In this document: positions 1-13,884 of the stretch, piece after piece
Numbering within the stretch: position 1 is the stretch's first letter
Layout of the letters: every line of letters starts with the position of its first letter
Assembly (NCBI GenBank): GCA_951406725.2
Contig: OX597820.1
Span: 24,242,001-24,306,000, forward strand
Direction: 5' to 3'
DNA length: 64,000 nt
Origin: Octopus vulgaris
Lineage: Eukaryota
The notes under the pieces: generated by a model
The model's input: only the letters and a program-made list of their open reading frames with translations
Database searches by the model: none
Told to the model about the DNA's origin: nothing
Made by a program: the position numbers and the translations under genes

Positions 1-11
1 CATTTGCTTAC

Positions 12-60
12 TTATGTAACGAAGTTGCTTGTTAGAAAGTATGAATGACTCCATATTAAA
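12..60 (-). CDS. Candidate small coding exon (FNMESFILSNKQLRYI)
   Basis: Minus strand reads ttctatacttttgaacAG|49 nt|GTAAGC. Only the phase-0 frame is open, and it is phase-compatible with candidate exon 8895-9099. Confidence 0.33.
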
Positions 61-467
61 CTGTTCAAAAGTATAGAATTTCAAGTTTTGCTAATCAACC
101 AAACGCGTACATATATATGCTTGCATCCTACCCACTACTCAATACATATATGGAGACATATGTGCGTTTGTATGTGTGTGTGTATTTGTGTGTGCGTCTA
201 TGCAGAATCGTGTCGAGCAGACCATATCCCCCTACACATTATGAAAGTGAGGAAAGAAATAAATTACTAAAGAGAGTTAAGAAAATAAAAGTAGCACACA
301 TGCACACACACACGCACGCACACACACACACACACGCACTCACACAAAGGCACACGCACATACGCGTATATATATCTTCGGTAATATTCAAAATATAAGG
401 TAAACTATTCACTCACTCTGTCATGTAATAGATACGCACATACAGATATACAAACTATTAAATATGC

Positions 468-516
468 ATCTATCTATCTGTCTGTCTGTCTGTGTACCTG
501 CCTGTCTGCCTGTTTC

Positions 517-559
<43 letters not shown>

Positions 560-572
560 CTCTATCTCTCTC

Positions 573-622
<50 letters not shown>

Positions 623-623
623 A

Positions 624-705
<82 letters not shown>

Positions 706-745
706 TTATCTATCTATCTACCTGTGTATCTATCTAACTATCTAT
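468..745. repeat. (TCTA)n/(TCTG)n microsatellite
   Basis: Direct tetranucleotide repeat; one of dozens of (TA)n, (CA)n, (TACA)n, (TCTA)n, (GA)n and (TAA)n tracts in the window. Confidence 0.97.
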
Positions 746-1504
746 TATGTAAGACATGTAAGACGTTTATGGTACGATTTTCATTCGTTTATGTTACTTA
801 TACTGAAATCTTCTGTAGTATTAATCAAAAGCTGCTGGAGATCTGTTTGAATTCTCAGCACTTCTATCCAACGATATGAATTTTATACCAACTCAACAGA
901 AGACAAATTACTCTGTATCGTCGCGTTTCTCTCGTTAGAAATATCAGTCAAATTTCCCTTAAATGACACCCTGTCATCTTCAAAATGCAAGTACACATTA
1001 TATAACAGTAGATACGTAATGTCCAAGAAAAAGATGAAGTCTGCATGATTAGAATATATCTGATCCTATTTGCATTCAGGCCTTGCTTGGTACTATATAA
1101 GGACATCAATGTTTGAATATATATTTTTGGTGTTGTTGTTTAGCAACATATCAAAAACTTAGATGTCGTGAACATCCGATCGTTTCTTTCAAATATAGTG
1201 TATTTGGGCCCACGAATCTAATGTATACTTCCGTTGTAAAGGTCGCGTGTTTTAATTTCTGGGCGTAAAAGTAGTTCTTATGAGATATGGACAACATGAG
1301 TCATTGATTGAGACATCTATGTCTACATGTGTGTCGCCATCATTAAGCGAGGTACCGTTATTAAAAAATAATGTCGGATTATTTTTGCAGGAGAATGAAT
1401 ATCGCTGCTATTTTTGGCAGGTCATGTGCAAGCTTAGAAGTGGTCCAGATACTTGTGCGTTTCCAAATATATCAACGCATGTATAAATATACTCTTTTTT
1501 AAAA

Positions 1505-1723
1505 TTCTTTCACTTGTTTCAGTCATCAGACTGCGGCCATGCTGGAGCACCGCTTTTAGTCGAACAAATCGACCCCAGGACTTATTCTTTGTAAGCCTAG
1601 TACTTATTCTATCGGTTTCTTTTGCCGAACCGCTAAATTACGGGGACGTAAACACGCCAGCATCGGTTGTCAAGCGATGTTGGGGAGGGGGGGACAAACA
1701 CAGACACACAAACACACACACAC

Positions 1724-1790
<67 letters not shown>

Positions 1791-1920
1791 TAAGACGGGC
1801 TTATTTCAGTTTCCGTCTACCAAATCCACTCACAAGGTTTTGGTTGGCCCGAGTCTATATTAGAAGACACTTGCTCAAGGTGTCACGCCGTGGGACTGAA
1901 CCCGGAACCGTGTGGTTGGT
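1505..1920 (-). mobile_element. tRNA-derived SINE family B (CORE-like, internal TA/TG microsatellite)
   Basis: Matches other copies (30503-30908, 51127-51592, 61107-61525): B-box GGTTCAGTCCC, CCTTG(G/A)GCAAGTGTCTTCT core and GACTGAAACAAGT tail. Confidence 0.9.
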
Positions 1921-3316
1921 ATGTGTATACATTGTTGTTATTAATCTCCTTGACAGCCTTCACTGAGTGAATCCAATCCAATGTGTTCAAGCCATAGCCA
2001 TTCTGTTATTTTTGTATACCAGAGACTGCATAATGAATGGTATCCTTTATTTGAATACAACTCTATGTAATTTAAGGGAGACTTGGTTGCTATTTCTAGC
2101 AATTTGGTGGATATGTACACATATGTATTTGAACTGGATGGTTCATAATCATTTATTCTAGTAATGTTGCTTCTCTCTTGGCTTCATCCTTTTCTTTTTT
2201 GAGGTATCTGGAAGGGGCAGTGTGCATGATTTTTGCAGGATCTTCTACCGGTGAGATTCATGCCATTAACGTACCTCGAACCTTTGAAATTCTACATAAT
2301 TTCGTGATGAGTCCCATAGAATCTCGGACCGACCAGTACTTTGTGGGTGAATTTGGTAGTCGAAATCTGTATGGAAGCCTGTTGCACCCCCACACACATA
2401 AATTCACAGAATGAGATAAAAAATCAAAGGCTGTGAATAGTTTTCAGAACATTTTTCTTTTTTATAAAAATCTGTGTGTGTGCGTGCATCTGTGTGTGTG
2501 TGTTTATGTATGTGCATGTCCCTCTTTGTCCTCACATCGCTTTAGAACCGATCTTGATATGCTTACTTCTCTGTAAATTAGTCGTTCGACAGAAAATATA
2601 AAAAACTAACGAAATAAGTATCAGACTTGTATGAAAAGTTTAAGTACTTGAGTTCACGATTCCTTTGACTAAATTCTTCAAGGTGAGGCCACAACCTGGC
2701 CGCAGTCCAATGATTGAATTAAGTAAACGAAAAAACAAACACAAAACAAAAACAAAAATAAAAGCAAAACAAAACATAAAACAAACAAAACAAACAAACC
2801 AAACAAGCAAGCCAATGAATAAGTTACTATAAACGAAAAATAAAAGACACTAAAGAAACAGTAGACATTACGATATTAATTAATTAGGTTTCTAAGTTTG
2901 GCTCTTAACATTTTTGAAAATAACAAAAACAAAAACAAACTTCAAAGCAGGAAATCTTACATAAGATTAACCAATCATTTAATGACAAATGTTTAAGCTT
3001 TTTGGCATGTTAGATTCGTTAATATCGTAACTGTTCATTCTCGTTTATTCTACCTTTATCTTTTAAACAGTAAACTGAGTTTAAAACCTTGAATTTTATT
3101 TTATGATCTTCGTAAAAGATTGACTGACGTTACGTGCAGTGAATTACCATCGGAATGTTTCGTTAGACGAGAGAGAGTTAATGCTTGACAGTAAACTGGC
3201 AGCTAGCAGACGTTAATGCAAGCATAAACCTATCAGCATTGCCTCTTTCTCTTTCCTCTTGTGAATGTTTGTGTGTGTGTGAGTGTGCACGTATGTGTAA
3301 GTGTGTGCGTGCACGT

Positions 3317-3370
<54 letters not shown>

Positions 3371-3442
3371 CTATATATATATATACTTTATTTGTTCCAC
3401 GTCCTCGCGTTGCTGTGTTTTTTTGTGTTTTCTTGTTTGGAT

Positions 3443-3495
<53 letters not shown>

Positions 3496-3955
3496 GGAGA
3501 GAGAGAGTGAGAGAAAGAGAGAGAGAGATAGAGAGAGATGGAGAGAGTGAGTGAGAGAATCAACAGGTAAAGATTCAGAGATGCGCAATATAGGATACAC
3601 GCAGTAGTACTCAAATGATTTGAAATTACACACCGAAGTCTTTATCTAGAACTATACCCGAAGGATAAAGAGTGCATATAAGAGGAATATAGGTGAACTG
3701 ATGTGTAGATAGTGATGCAAATAAACACGCTTAGACTAGGTGTATAAAATATTCCAGAAACAGCTATTGGGCCTGAAATATCACACCCTCTTCCATTAGT
3801 TTTCTGTACTTTTTGCTTTCATTGTAAATTCGTTCTGCAAAATGTATATATATATATAAGCTTAAACACGAGTGTTCATCTTTTGGATATTTTCAGTCTT
3901 TGTTATGTCTCTATATATACCCTCATATGTATATATGTTTCCATCTGTATATATG

Positions 3956-4000
<45 letters not shown>

Positions 4001-4030
4001 CATCAAGCCCAAACGTGTTTTATGCAGCAC

Positions 4031-4075
<45 letters not shown>

Positions 4076-4207
4076 ATGTGTGTGTATGTATATATATATA
4101 TATGTATATATAAATATTATATATATATATTTATATATGTTTATATAAATATAAACACACACACACACACACCCACACCCACACACACACACACACATAT
4201 ATATATG

Positions 4208-4246
<39 letters not shown>

Positions 4247-4385
4247 ACGGGGGAGTAATAAGTGCAAAACAATGTGGAAAAATAGTACTCGAATACCAAA
4301 AGTAGAGCAATATGCTTTTATTGAAGCTGCAAAATTATCATGAAGCAGTTACTCAGAGATTCATGTTCCTGTGTAAAGTATAAAA

Positions 4386-4441
<56 letters not shown>

Positions 4442-4739
4442 GCATCCACACATACGTATCTGTGCATGTAGACCGGGTTATAATGCGTGGTACATCCTCA
4501 TGAAGCACACCTGTATATTCCAGTGCTCCAAAATTGCATGTAGATCTTTGAGACATGCATAAGAATGAAAAATACTGGAAAATAGTTATTTTTACAGAGT
4601 AATCACACACACGCACACACACGCACACACACGCACACACACGCACACACACGCACACACACGCACACACACGCACACGAATTGAGCCAAATCTTAGAGC
4701 ATGTCTTGGGAAGCACACACATACACACACACACAATAT

Positions 4740-5146
4740 TATTTCTTATTTCTTTATTGCCACAAGTGGCTAAACAAGGACAGACAAAGGGATTAGGTCG
4801 GTTACCTCGACCCCAGAGCGTAACTAGTACTTAATTTATCAACCCTGAAAGGATGAAAAGCAAAGTCTACCCCGGCGGAATTTGAACTCAGAACGTAAAC
4901 GCAGACGAAATACCTATTTCTTTACTACCCACAAGGGGCTAAACACAGAGGGGACAAACAAGGACAGACAAACGAATTAAGTCGATTATATCGACCCCAG
5001 TGCGTAACTGGTACTTACTTAATCGACCCCGAAAGGATGAAAGGCAAAGTCGACCTCGACGGAATTTGAACTCAGAACGTAGCGACAGACGAAATACTGC
5101 TTAGCATTTCGCTAGGCGTGCTAACGATTCTGCCAGTTTGATGCCT
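4740..5146 (-). mobile_element. tRNA-derived SINE family A, tandem dimer
   Basis: Two head-to-tail units with B-box GAGTTCAAATTCC and central GCCTTTCATCCTTTCGGGGTCGAT..AAGTACCAG domain; tail ..GTGGGTAGTAAAGAAATA. Confidence 0.9.
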
Positions 5147-5386
5147 TTTTATTTCTTGCCTTTTTTTCGACTGCCGCCATGCTACTGGCACAGTCTTCAA
5201 GGTTTCAGCTGATCATATTCATATCAAACTCAGTAATTATTCCGGTTTAGTAATATTATAGCGATCTTATGGAAGATATTGGGCCTTGATCAAGAACATG
5301 GGTTTTTAACTTGTGTAAACACCAACTCACCCACACAGATTCACATACACTTAATTTTAGCTAGCGTACATACCGATTCAGACAGG

Positions 5387-5462
<76 letters not shown>

Positions 5463-5630
5463 CTTTCGCAAGCGCGTGCACACACATATGCACATACATG
5501 CACACACACTCTCGCGTGCCTTTTATCCTTCCGGAGTCGTTAAACTGATATATCTGTCAGTTACGACTAACCTTCAACACTAGCATTTGTGTCTAAATTA
5601 GGAACCAAAGCCGTTGTTTTTGCTGTTATG

Positions 5631-5811
5631 CTTCTTCTTCTTCTTCTTCTTCTTCTTCTTCTTCTTCTTCTTCTTCTTCTTCTTCTTCTTCTTCTTCTTC
5701 TTCTTCTTCTTCTTCTTCTTCTTCTTCTTCTTCTTCTTCTTCTTCTTCTTCTTCTTCTTCTTCTTCTTCTTCTTCTTCTTCTTCTTCTTCTTCTTCTTCT
5801 TCTTCTTCTTC
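5631..5811. repeat. (CTT)60 / (GAA)60 trinucleotide tract
   Basis: Uninterrupted CTT repeat. Confidence 0.98.
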
Positions 5812-6093
5812 GGATAATAATAATCGAAACTGATTCAGTACATGGGTAATTATCTTATTTCGTATATTTTCATTTGTCTTGTTTAATGCTTTGGTTTTGT
5901 GCTGAGTTTTATGTGAGAACACACTCTTTGTGGGGAATGGCGATTTGACGTCTATATCTAGCATGTTGACTGTCCACTTTTCGTGTTCAATCCTCAATTG
6001 GTATATATAAATATTTTAATCTTCGGATTCTTTTTAATATGCTAGACCACTGTTTTTAATTGACTAATATCAATTTCTACCCTTAATTAATTT

Positions 6094-6140
<47 letters not shown>

Positions 6141-6539
6141 CCATAAGATTAAGATGTACTAGATATGAATATGCACATATATAATCACGTGACTTCATAT
6201 CTTCTCTCCACGTTATTGGTTTCAAATTTTGGCACAATGCCAGCAATTTCGGGGGAGGGGTTAAATCGATAACATCAATTCCGACAGGTACCTACTTTAT
6301 TGACCCAGAATGGATGAAAAGCAAAGTCGACCTTGGCAGAAATCGAACTCAGAACGTAAAGGCGGACAATGTGCTGCTGGACAAATTCCGCCAGCGTGTC
6401 GCCCTTCACATAATTTAGTTTCAGTATGGACGAAATCATGCCTATATGCTTGCATTAATATGTGTACTCAGCATTATACAATAGAATCATATATTCACAA
6501 GTAATGTAAATAAAGAAATCTAGTCCATTAGATCACCGG

Positions 6540-6577
<38 letters not shown>

Positions 6578-7411
6578 GCGTATGAAACATATGTCAAATA
6601 AAAACCTCCCATAAAGTACTATTTCTTCTTTTAGTAACACAAACGAGCACATCGATAAAGATAGGTACAAATGTAAGTCTATATTCTAGGGGAAAAAAGC
6701 TGTCCTCCATAGATATTGTCTTTCTCATTGATTTTGAAAAAAAATGCTCACGTTTTGCGAAGCAGCTGACCTCTATAACTGAACATATATCTCCTTTCTG
6801 TCCGAGACAACTGTCAAATCTATTTTATGCGCTTTTGGCAGGAAATTTGATGGAAATATTCTTATAAATTTTGTCTTTCTTTTTTAATTATTTGATCTGA
6901 ATTCTTCCTATTATGTTGGAGCTGGTTTCTAACGAAGAAACGAAGCCCCACCACTAGAACCTGGATAGCAAATTATATAAGCATTCCGTATAGAACATAT
7001 TTTTAACACTTTCAGTCCTTGAATACGGTTTAGCGGGTGTGACTTCGTTTGACTATATTCACGTAATATTTAAAGTGGTCAGATTGTTTTGTGTTTACGG
7101 TTCGTTAATTTGCAGAAAATTCGTTATTTTCAACCGTAAGCACAAAGATGTATGGTTACCCGCACAAAGATGTATGGCTACCCACACAAAGATGGCTACC
7201 CACACAAACCCGTTTTGGTGACATCCAAAGGTATAGTCAAACGAGATCGCGTCCGCTAAAGTGATGTCGGTCTTAAGCTTGAAGGAAGGAGCAAGAGCGT
7301 TGGGTGTCGGAACAGTAACTCAGCTCTGTAAAAATCAGGAATCGCTTCCGAAACGGCAGGAGAAATTCACGAAATTAGATCGACATGAGGAGGAAGGCGA
7401 TAGACAAATAC

Positions 7412-7450
7412 CCCTGATGACGGCCCGATGAAAGCCGGAAGGAAGATAGG
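7412..7450 (+). ncRNA. Hammerhead-ribozyme-like motif (imperfect)
   Basis: CC-CTGATGA-CGGC[loop]GCCG-GAA(G)...ATA-GG. Stem II is perfect, but A15.1 and stem III are not intact. Confidence 0.3.
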
Positions 7451-7892
7451 ACCTCGAATAGCCCTATGGTTTGTGAAAAGCTTCATGTTCTGAGGACGAT
7501 CTAAACTTAAAGCTTAAGCTAAAAATCGTGCTCGTGTGTTCAAAGGGATAGAGTTTTAATAATAGATCCTTATGAGCTGGTCACTTGCTTTACCAAGTCT
7601 TTCGAGATTGCCATTAAGTCACACTAAAATAGCTTAGTACACCGCTAGTTATCCTTTGTTTTATCTTTTACTTCTTTTCACGCTGGATCACCACCTTAAA
7701 GAGTTTAGTCGAAGAAATCAGTCTCAGTATTTATGTTTGGTTTTTAAAGTTTGGCACAGTTTCTTCGCTGAACCGCTAAGTTACGGGGACGCAAACACAT
7801 ACCGGTGAGTGGTGGAAAACGTAAACACAAAGACACACACACACACACACACAGAAACACAAACACACGCACGCACGCGTGAGCATAAGCAC

Positions 7893-7972
<80 letters not shown>

Positions 7973-8021
7973 CTCTCTCTTCCCCCCTCTCTCTCTCTCC
8001 CCTCTCTCTCCCTCTCTCTAT

Positions 8022-8630
8022 CTATGGGACGAGTCGGTTTATCAATCGAGTCTATCGTGAATATTATCGCACCTCCTTTCTTGAAACGGGAAGGAAGAGC
8101 CATTTTCAACGTATTTGTGGCTATGGCGAAAGAATGTGTATGGTGGACGCGTCTGAAAGGTCTAGAGACAAACACTTTCAGCTCTGGTCAATCTCTCATC
8201 AACTTCTTCAAGTATCACTTGAAAAGGAAAGTGAGAGTAGAGAGGCAAGTTTTGTCTAGCGAATGTTTCAAAAAAAGATAGGTGAATGTAGCAAGGATGG
8301 CACATGTGAATGTCAGAGCCACTTTGAGCATAATCCTATGAACCGAAAAAAGAGAGTCACTTACTGTCATGTGATTTTTGCATGACATTATTGCCCAATT
8401 TACCGTGGTCTTTACTGTAGGCTTTTCTTTCCACATATAAACCAAATCTGGTTTCCATTTTTACATTGACATTTCTATGATACATGATCCCTATTGATCG
8501 TCTTTTTTTCTTTGTTCCACGATCCCTTTTGATCGAAATTCGACCCAATTTTTTTTCTCTTCTTCTTCCCCAAAATAAAAGCTCTAGTTTGTATTTTGTC
8601 CCCTGTGTGGTCAATAAAGAAACATATCTA
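8022..8630 (+). mobile_element. 5'-truncated Tx1/L1-clade LINE (ORF2 C-terminus + 3' UTR)
   Basis: ORF 8024-8281 with ..AMAKECVWWTRLKG..FKKR pattern typical of L1/Tx1 ORF2 ends. Ends GTGTGGTCAATAAAGAAACA followed by TCTA repeat; second copy at 53085-53291. Confidence 0.7.
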
Positions 8631-8894
8631 TCTAACTATCTATATACATTTATACACGAAAGTGTTCCACATAGTTTTCACTAACCTAATTTGCCCACCC
8701 CCAAGGCTTTGATAGATTCGTTACTGAACTAGAAGACACCGAAAGTGCCACGCAATGGTACTGAACGCGAATCCACTGGTTACAAAGAGAACCTCTAAGC
8801 CACATAGCCACGAAAGATCGAAGTGGAGACAGGTTACGTTCCCACGGTGGTTGAGCACGGGTCAATAGGTCTTAAGAAGCGAGCGAAATCTTAC

Positions 8895-9099
8895 ATGAAA
8901 GGCGACGGATCCGTTTTCGGAAGATAACCAATAATTATATGTATAGATGTGAATTTTTTTTATCGTCGTAGAGAAGTTGTCTGTTTCGAAGTCTTTGTTA
9001 TCTGTTAATATTCTCTTACTGGTTTTGGAAGAAATATCTATATTGCCGGGCCGTTGAACTCTAAAACTGTACTCAATTATTCTTTTCAGACCCAAGCAA
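8895..9099 (-). CDS. Candidate coding exon, loosely TGF-beta-propeptide-like (CLGLKRIIEYSFRVQRPGNI..ETDNFSTTIKKIHIYT..SVAFH)
   Basis: Non-repetitive 68-codon open frame bounded by gatttAG (alternative ttttAG giving start 9060) and GTAAGA donor. Family similarity judged by eye only. Confidence 0.4.
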
Positions 9100-9897
9100 C
9101 TAAATCATATCTATTGTATTTTGCTCTTATTCATGAATGCAAATATGCATTAATATATGTATATACGGAAGTATAGATATCTGTATGAGGGTATCTAGCT
9201 GTCTATTTATCTCCATACATATATACCTATGTTCGTTTATCTATGTTCAATTTACTTGCAATAATACTTATAGTATGTACGTATTTACCCCGCATACAGA
9301 CATAGAACAGGCAACGACATACATCTATTAATATAAATGACATATATTTATTCATAAAACGAAAAATAATTTCCTAGGTCTCTTAGAGTCATTTATTATT
9401 TATAACTACTACATTTTAACAGAACTCAAGAAAATCGATTAAGTTTTCCCAGCAAATAGATTAGACAGTCAATTGTTTTCGGTGAAACTGATCTCGAAAT
9501 GAATTTTACACACGAAATAATAGAATATTTATATCGTATCATTTACTGGGACAATTTTTTGTTAGTGTCAGAAGAAAATGCTGAAAAAATAATTGGTATT
9601 TACGAGATCTTTAGTGACACTAAAAATTAAAACAAGTACAATATCTAAACTGGTCAGATAGTCTAAAGAGAGAGGAGAGTGTGTGTGTGTGTGGGTTTGT
9701 ATATATATATATATATATAGATACATATATAGGTATGTATGTATGCATGTATGCATGCATCTATTATGTATGAATGCATGTATGTGTGTGTGTATACATA
9801 TGCATGTATTTGTATACGTTTACATACATATATACATATACGAATGCATAGAAATGCATGTTTATGTGTATGTTTGTATATATATTATATATATATA

Positions 9898-10145
9898 TGA
9901 TAAAAATGGTAAGACAACAAAAGAAAGGGACCTCGATATTATGTAAATAGACGAATTTATCTGTTTGTGACAATTATTCGGTAGCCATGATAAAAATCCG
10001 AGTTTCGGATGCCGAGGTAGAAATCCACGCCGCCATTTCTTCAGGTATCCGGCCATCGGAAAAATGTCTTGTAAAAGAAAGCTTTCCATCTCATGCGCAT
10101 TTTTATCATGGCTGCCGAATAATTGTCACATTTTACATTTACAGA
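9898..10145 (-). mobile_element. Penelope-like element terminal remnant with inverted repeat and degenerate hammerhead
   Basis: About 32-bp inverted arms (9966.. and ..10130) enclose minus-strand CTGAAGA...CATCCGAAACTCGG. Homologous to 23305-23480; flanked by (TA)n. Confidence 0.65.
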
Positions 10146-10191
<46 letters not shown>

Positions 10192-11184
10192 GAATGTATA
10201 TCAATATATATATATACAGATTCGCATACTCATATATATGTATATGCAGACACACACGCACACATAACACATACATTCATGCATACATACATACATACAT
10301 GCATACATACATACATAATACATACTTACATATGTACGTACGTACATACATACATACATACACACATACATACATACATGCATACATACATACATACATA
10401 CTTACATACATACATACATACATATATACATACATATATATACTCTGGTCAGGGGTGTAACCAACTTCAATATACGCCCTGTGTTCAAATTCCGCCGAGA
10501 TTGACTTTGCCTTCCATCCTTTTGGTTGCGTGCTGGGATCGATCTAATCGACTGGCCCCCTCCACCAAATTCTCGGGCCTTGTGCCTAGAGTAGAAAGGA
10601 ATATACACCACTGAATAACTAAAAGGAGAGGGAAAAATCAATGGCGGTGGCTCTACATGGCTTCCTTGGCTGCTAGAAATAGCAGGCGAATCTCTCTTAA
10701 ATTACTGCATGAATTGTTTGGATTGGATGGTTTACTTCTAGATACGAAATATTCGAGAGGATTCAGGGTAGCCATGGATGGAATACATTTGATTAAAATA
10801 GACAGGGCAAACAACATCAAAAACATACAATTAAATGGGCCCTCGAGTGAATCAGGGAACTCCACAGGTCCCTGAATATCGAGATTAATCAAGGTTTAAT
10901 GCATGTTATCTCTCGTTTATTACTCATGATAATGTATGACGCTAAGAAAGTAATTCTCATCTTCAGTTAATCAAGGTTCCCCACTTATGACATTTACGCT
11001 TTTCTTTTATTTCTCTTACCACACAGGCGTGGCTGTGTGGCATGAAATTTGCTTTCCAATCACTTGGTTCCGGGTTCAGTCCCACTGCGTGACATCTTGG
11101 GCAGGTGTCTTTTTCTATAGCCTCGGGCCGAACAAAGCTTTGTGAATGGTTCGGTAGACTGAAAGAAATCCGTCGTATATTGTA

Positions 11185-11311
<127 letters not shown>

Positions 11312-12479
11312 GTATCCATTTACCTATCTTGTATCTTTGAGATTTCTACGATGTAACTGTTCATTTTTAGAATGACTTTGTAGTTTAGATGTGACAGGTT
11401 TGATCTAGCTGGTTTCAACATAAAATAGGTAGAATATTTGGGCCTGATATGGCCAGTTTAAATGCTAAAGGGTGTCTCACTCGCTTGCACTAACCCAGAT
11501 TTTCTTAATCTCTGCTCCATTGCTAAATATTCGTTGGATCTAAGTTAGGTGATTCCGTTCTTTTACTCTTTTATTTGTTTCACTCATTAAACTGTAGCCA
11601 TGCTGGGGCACCACCTTGAGGTTTTAGTCGAATAAATCGATCCCAGTAATTATATTTTAAGCCTAGATGTTTCTGTAACTATTTTCACAAGGAAAGCCTA
11701 GTGAGGAAGAGGCCAGTTTTGCCGCCAACGATCCTACCATGCAATAAATTATACCGGACTACATTTTACCTGTAGCACACGCGAGCAAGCAGACATATGT
11801 TGGAATTATACCATATTTAAAAACGCAAGGAGTTCCCTGTTTTCGCCGAACAAATTGAACCACCGATAAAATACATAGCGGTATTTAGTTGCACCTTTTT
11901 ATATCCGGAATTCAAATCCCGCTGAAAACTTTGCCTTTCATTCTTTCAAAAGGTGATAAAAATGTATGACGTCAATCGGCCGCTGTATCACGTCAATCGG
12001 TCACGTCAATCGGCCACTCTAGCCTTCAAATATATGACCATGTACGTAATATAGAAATTAATATAGCGTTTGTTACTGCTGTATTGAAATATTTGGTAAT
12101 CAATCTCTCTTCTTTTATATTGTTGAATTGGAAAATTGTTAGAATCATTAGGGCGTCTGACTAAATGTTTTGTGGTATTTAGTTACGACCCTTTACATAC
12201 CGAGTTCAAATCACGCCAAGGTCAATCTGCTGCTCATCGTTAGTACCAGTCAAATACTAGGTTCAATATCAGTGATTGTACCCTCCCTCAAAATGTCTGG
12301 CTTTGTGATTATGTAAAATAAAAATATTGCCGTGTATACCTTGGTTAACCTTGATCAAACAGAATTATGACCATCTCGTCATTACCCAGTATATCTTCTA
12401 TTTAAAGCAATAGGCCATGATTCTGAGGGATGGTTTCACTGCTATTTTTAGCAGGGCGGAACCAACACACTCCTTGTCT

Positions 12480-12788
12480 CTGTCATTCAAAACCCAAAGT
12501 AACTTTTGTGGTTATAAGACTTTCCTTTTACATGTTGTTATTAATAGCAGTATTTTCCGCAGACCGTACATACTTCTCAGGAGCGCTAGTTTTCTGAGAT
12601 TTACATATGCAAGATTTACTTGGCAGCGATTCGATTTTCTTTGTGTCACGCTTCACTACCCGCAACGCTGCAATAACTACAGGGACTGTTCTTATGTTCA
12701 TGTTCCGCTTCATTGATATTTCTATTTCCAGGGTTTTATATTTGAAAGATTTTTCGATCTCTTCTACTGCATCGCTGCTGTTGTATGT

Positions 12789-12790
<2 letters not shown>
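12480..12790 (-). mobile_element. RLE-type (R4/Dong-like) LINE 3' fragment, degenerate
   Basis: Translation EKSFKYKTLEIEI..TVPVVIAAL..QK/LALL..LRKIL matches the restriction-like endonuclease C-terminus pattern. Confidence 0.65.
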
Positions 12791-12841
<51 letters not shown>

Positions 12842-13218
12842 GCACATACATATATATATATAAAATATGGATATCTTACATAACAGTATTAGTAGTCCGC
12901 AAGGCTTCTATTTCCGTACATAATACACACATGTATACATAATCACATACAGGCATATACACATACATACATACATAGAAATACATACACGCTCTCACAC
13001 ATGCTTGCGCGCGCACACACGCTTCCATACATGCGCACAAATATAAACATGGCCAGCAGGCAAAATCGTTAGAGGGTTTTGAGTGTTTATAGTCTTAGTT
13101 CAAACTCCGCCGTCATCCAATCGGGGCGATGAAATAAAGTACCAGCTGCGTACTGAGGTGGTTGATTGCAATGACTGGCCTTATGCCTAAATCAGAAGTC
13201 ACACACACACGCACACAC

Positions 13219-13308
<90 letters not shown>

Positions 13309-13381
13309 ATTCACAAGACGAAGACAGGTGGTGTAGACATCAAACAGATGTATTAGTATAACGCCCGGGAAGTGAAAACGT

Positions 13382-13417
13382 CTATAACATTTCGAGCCTA
13401 CGCTCTTCCACAGAAAG
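13382..13417 (-). ncRNA. Minimal hammerhead variant (core CUGUGGA) in PLE-type terminus
   Basis: CTTT-CTGTGGA-A-GAGC[GTAG]GCTC-GAAA-TG-TT-ATAG. Confidence 0.5.
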
Positions 13418-13590
13418 GAACACCGAAAGAAACAAGGAGAGCTAGGGAGGAGCATATAGGCGCGCAAGTGTGCTTGCGCGTTTCCAGAGGTAGTTGTGAA
13501 GAGTAGAAAATGACACGAGTGCAGACAACAGTTTCAATTCTCGAAAATTCTCACATATTTGCAATTGCATTCATCATTTGATTCAGTCGT

Positions 13591-13652
13591 GTTCAATGCA
13601 CCGGTTCTCGTCCGATCACCGAAGTTACGCAGCGTCGAACCTAGTTAGTATT
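13591..13652 (+). pseudogene. 5S rRNA fragment (approx. nt 18-79)
   Basis: CACCGGTTCTCGTCCGATCACCGAAGTTAcGCAGCGTCGA..GTTAGTA matches invertebrate 5S rRNA; both ends are missing. Confidence 0.85.
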
Positions 13653-13884
13653 CACACACACACATGTATATGTATATATATATATATAGGTTCATGTTGT
13701 GTCATACATAGCTTACGCTAGTCTGTGAGCAGTAACAATCAATCAGGCATTCAGTTTTCTCGCCGTCTTTCAGGGTTGGAATCAGATGATATAACTATTG
13801 TTTCTACCAATCATATTCATCCATTCTTTTGGGGGTATTTGATCGTGTGACTGCTTCAGCAGGCCTGACGCCGCCGCTGCCATC

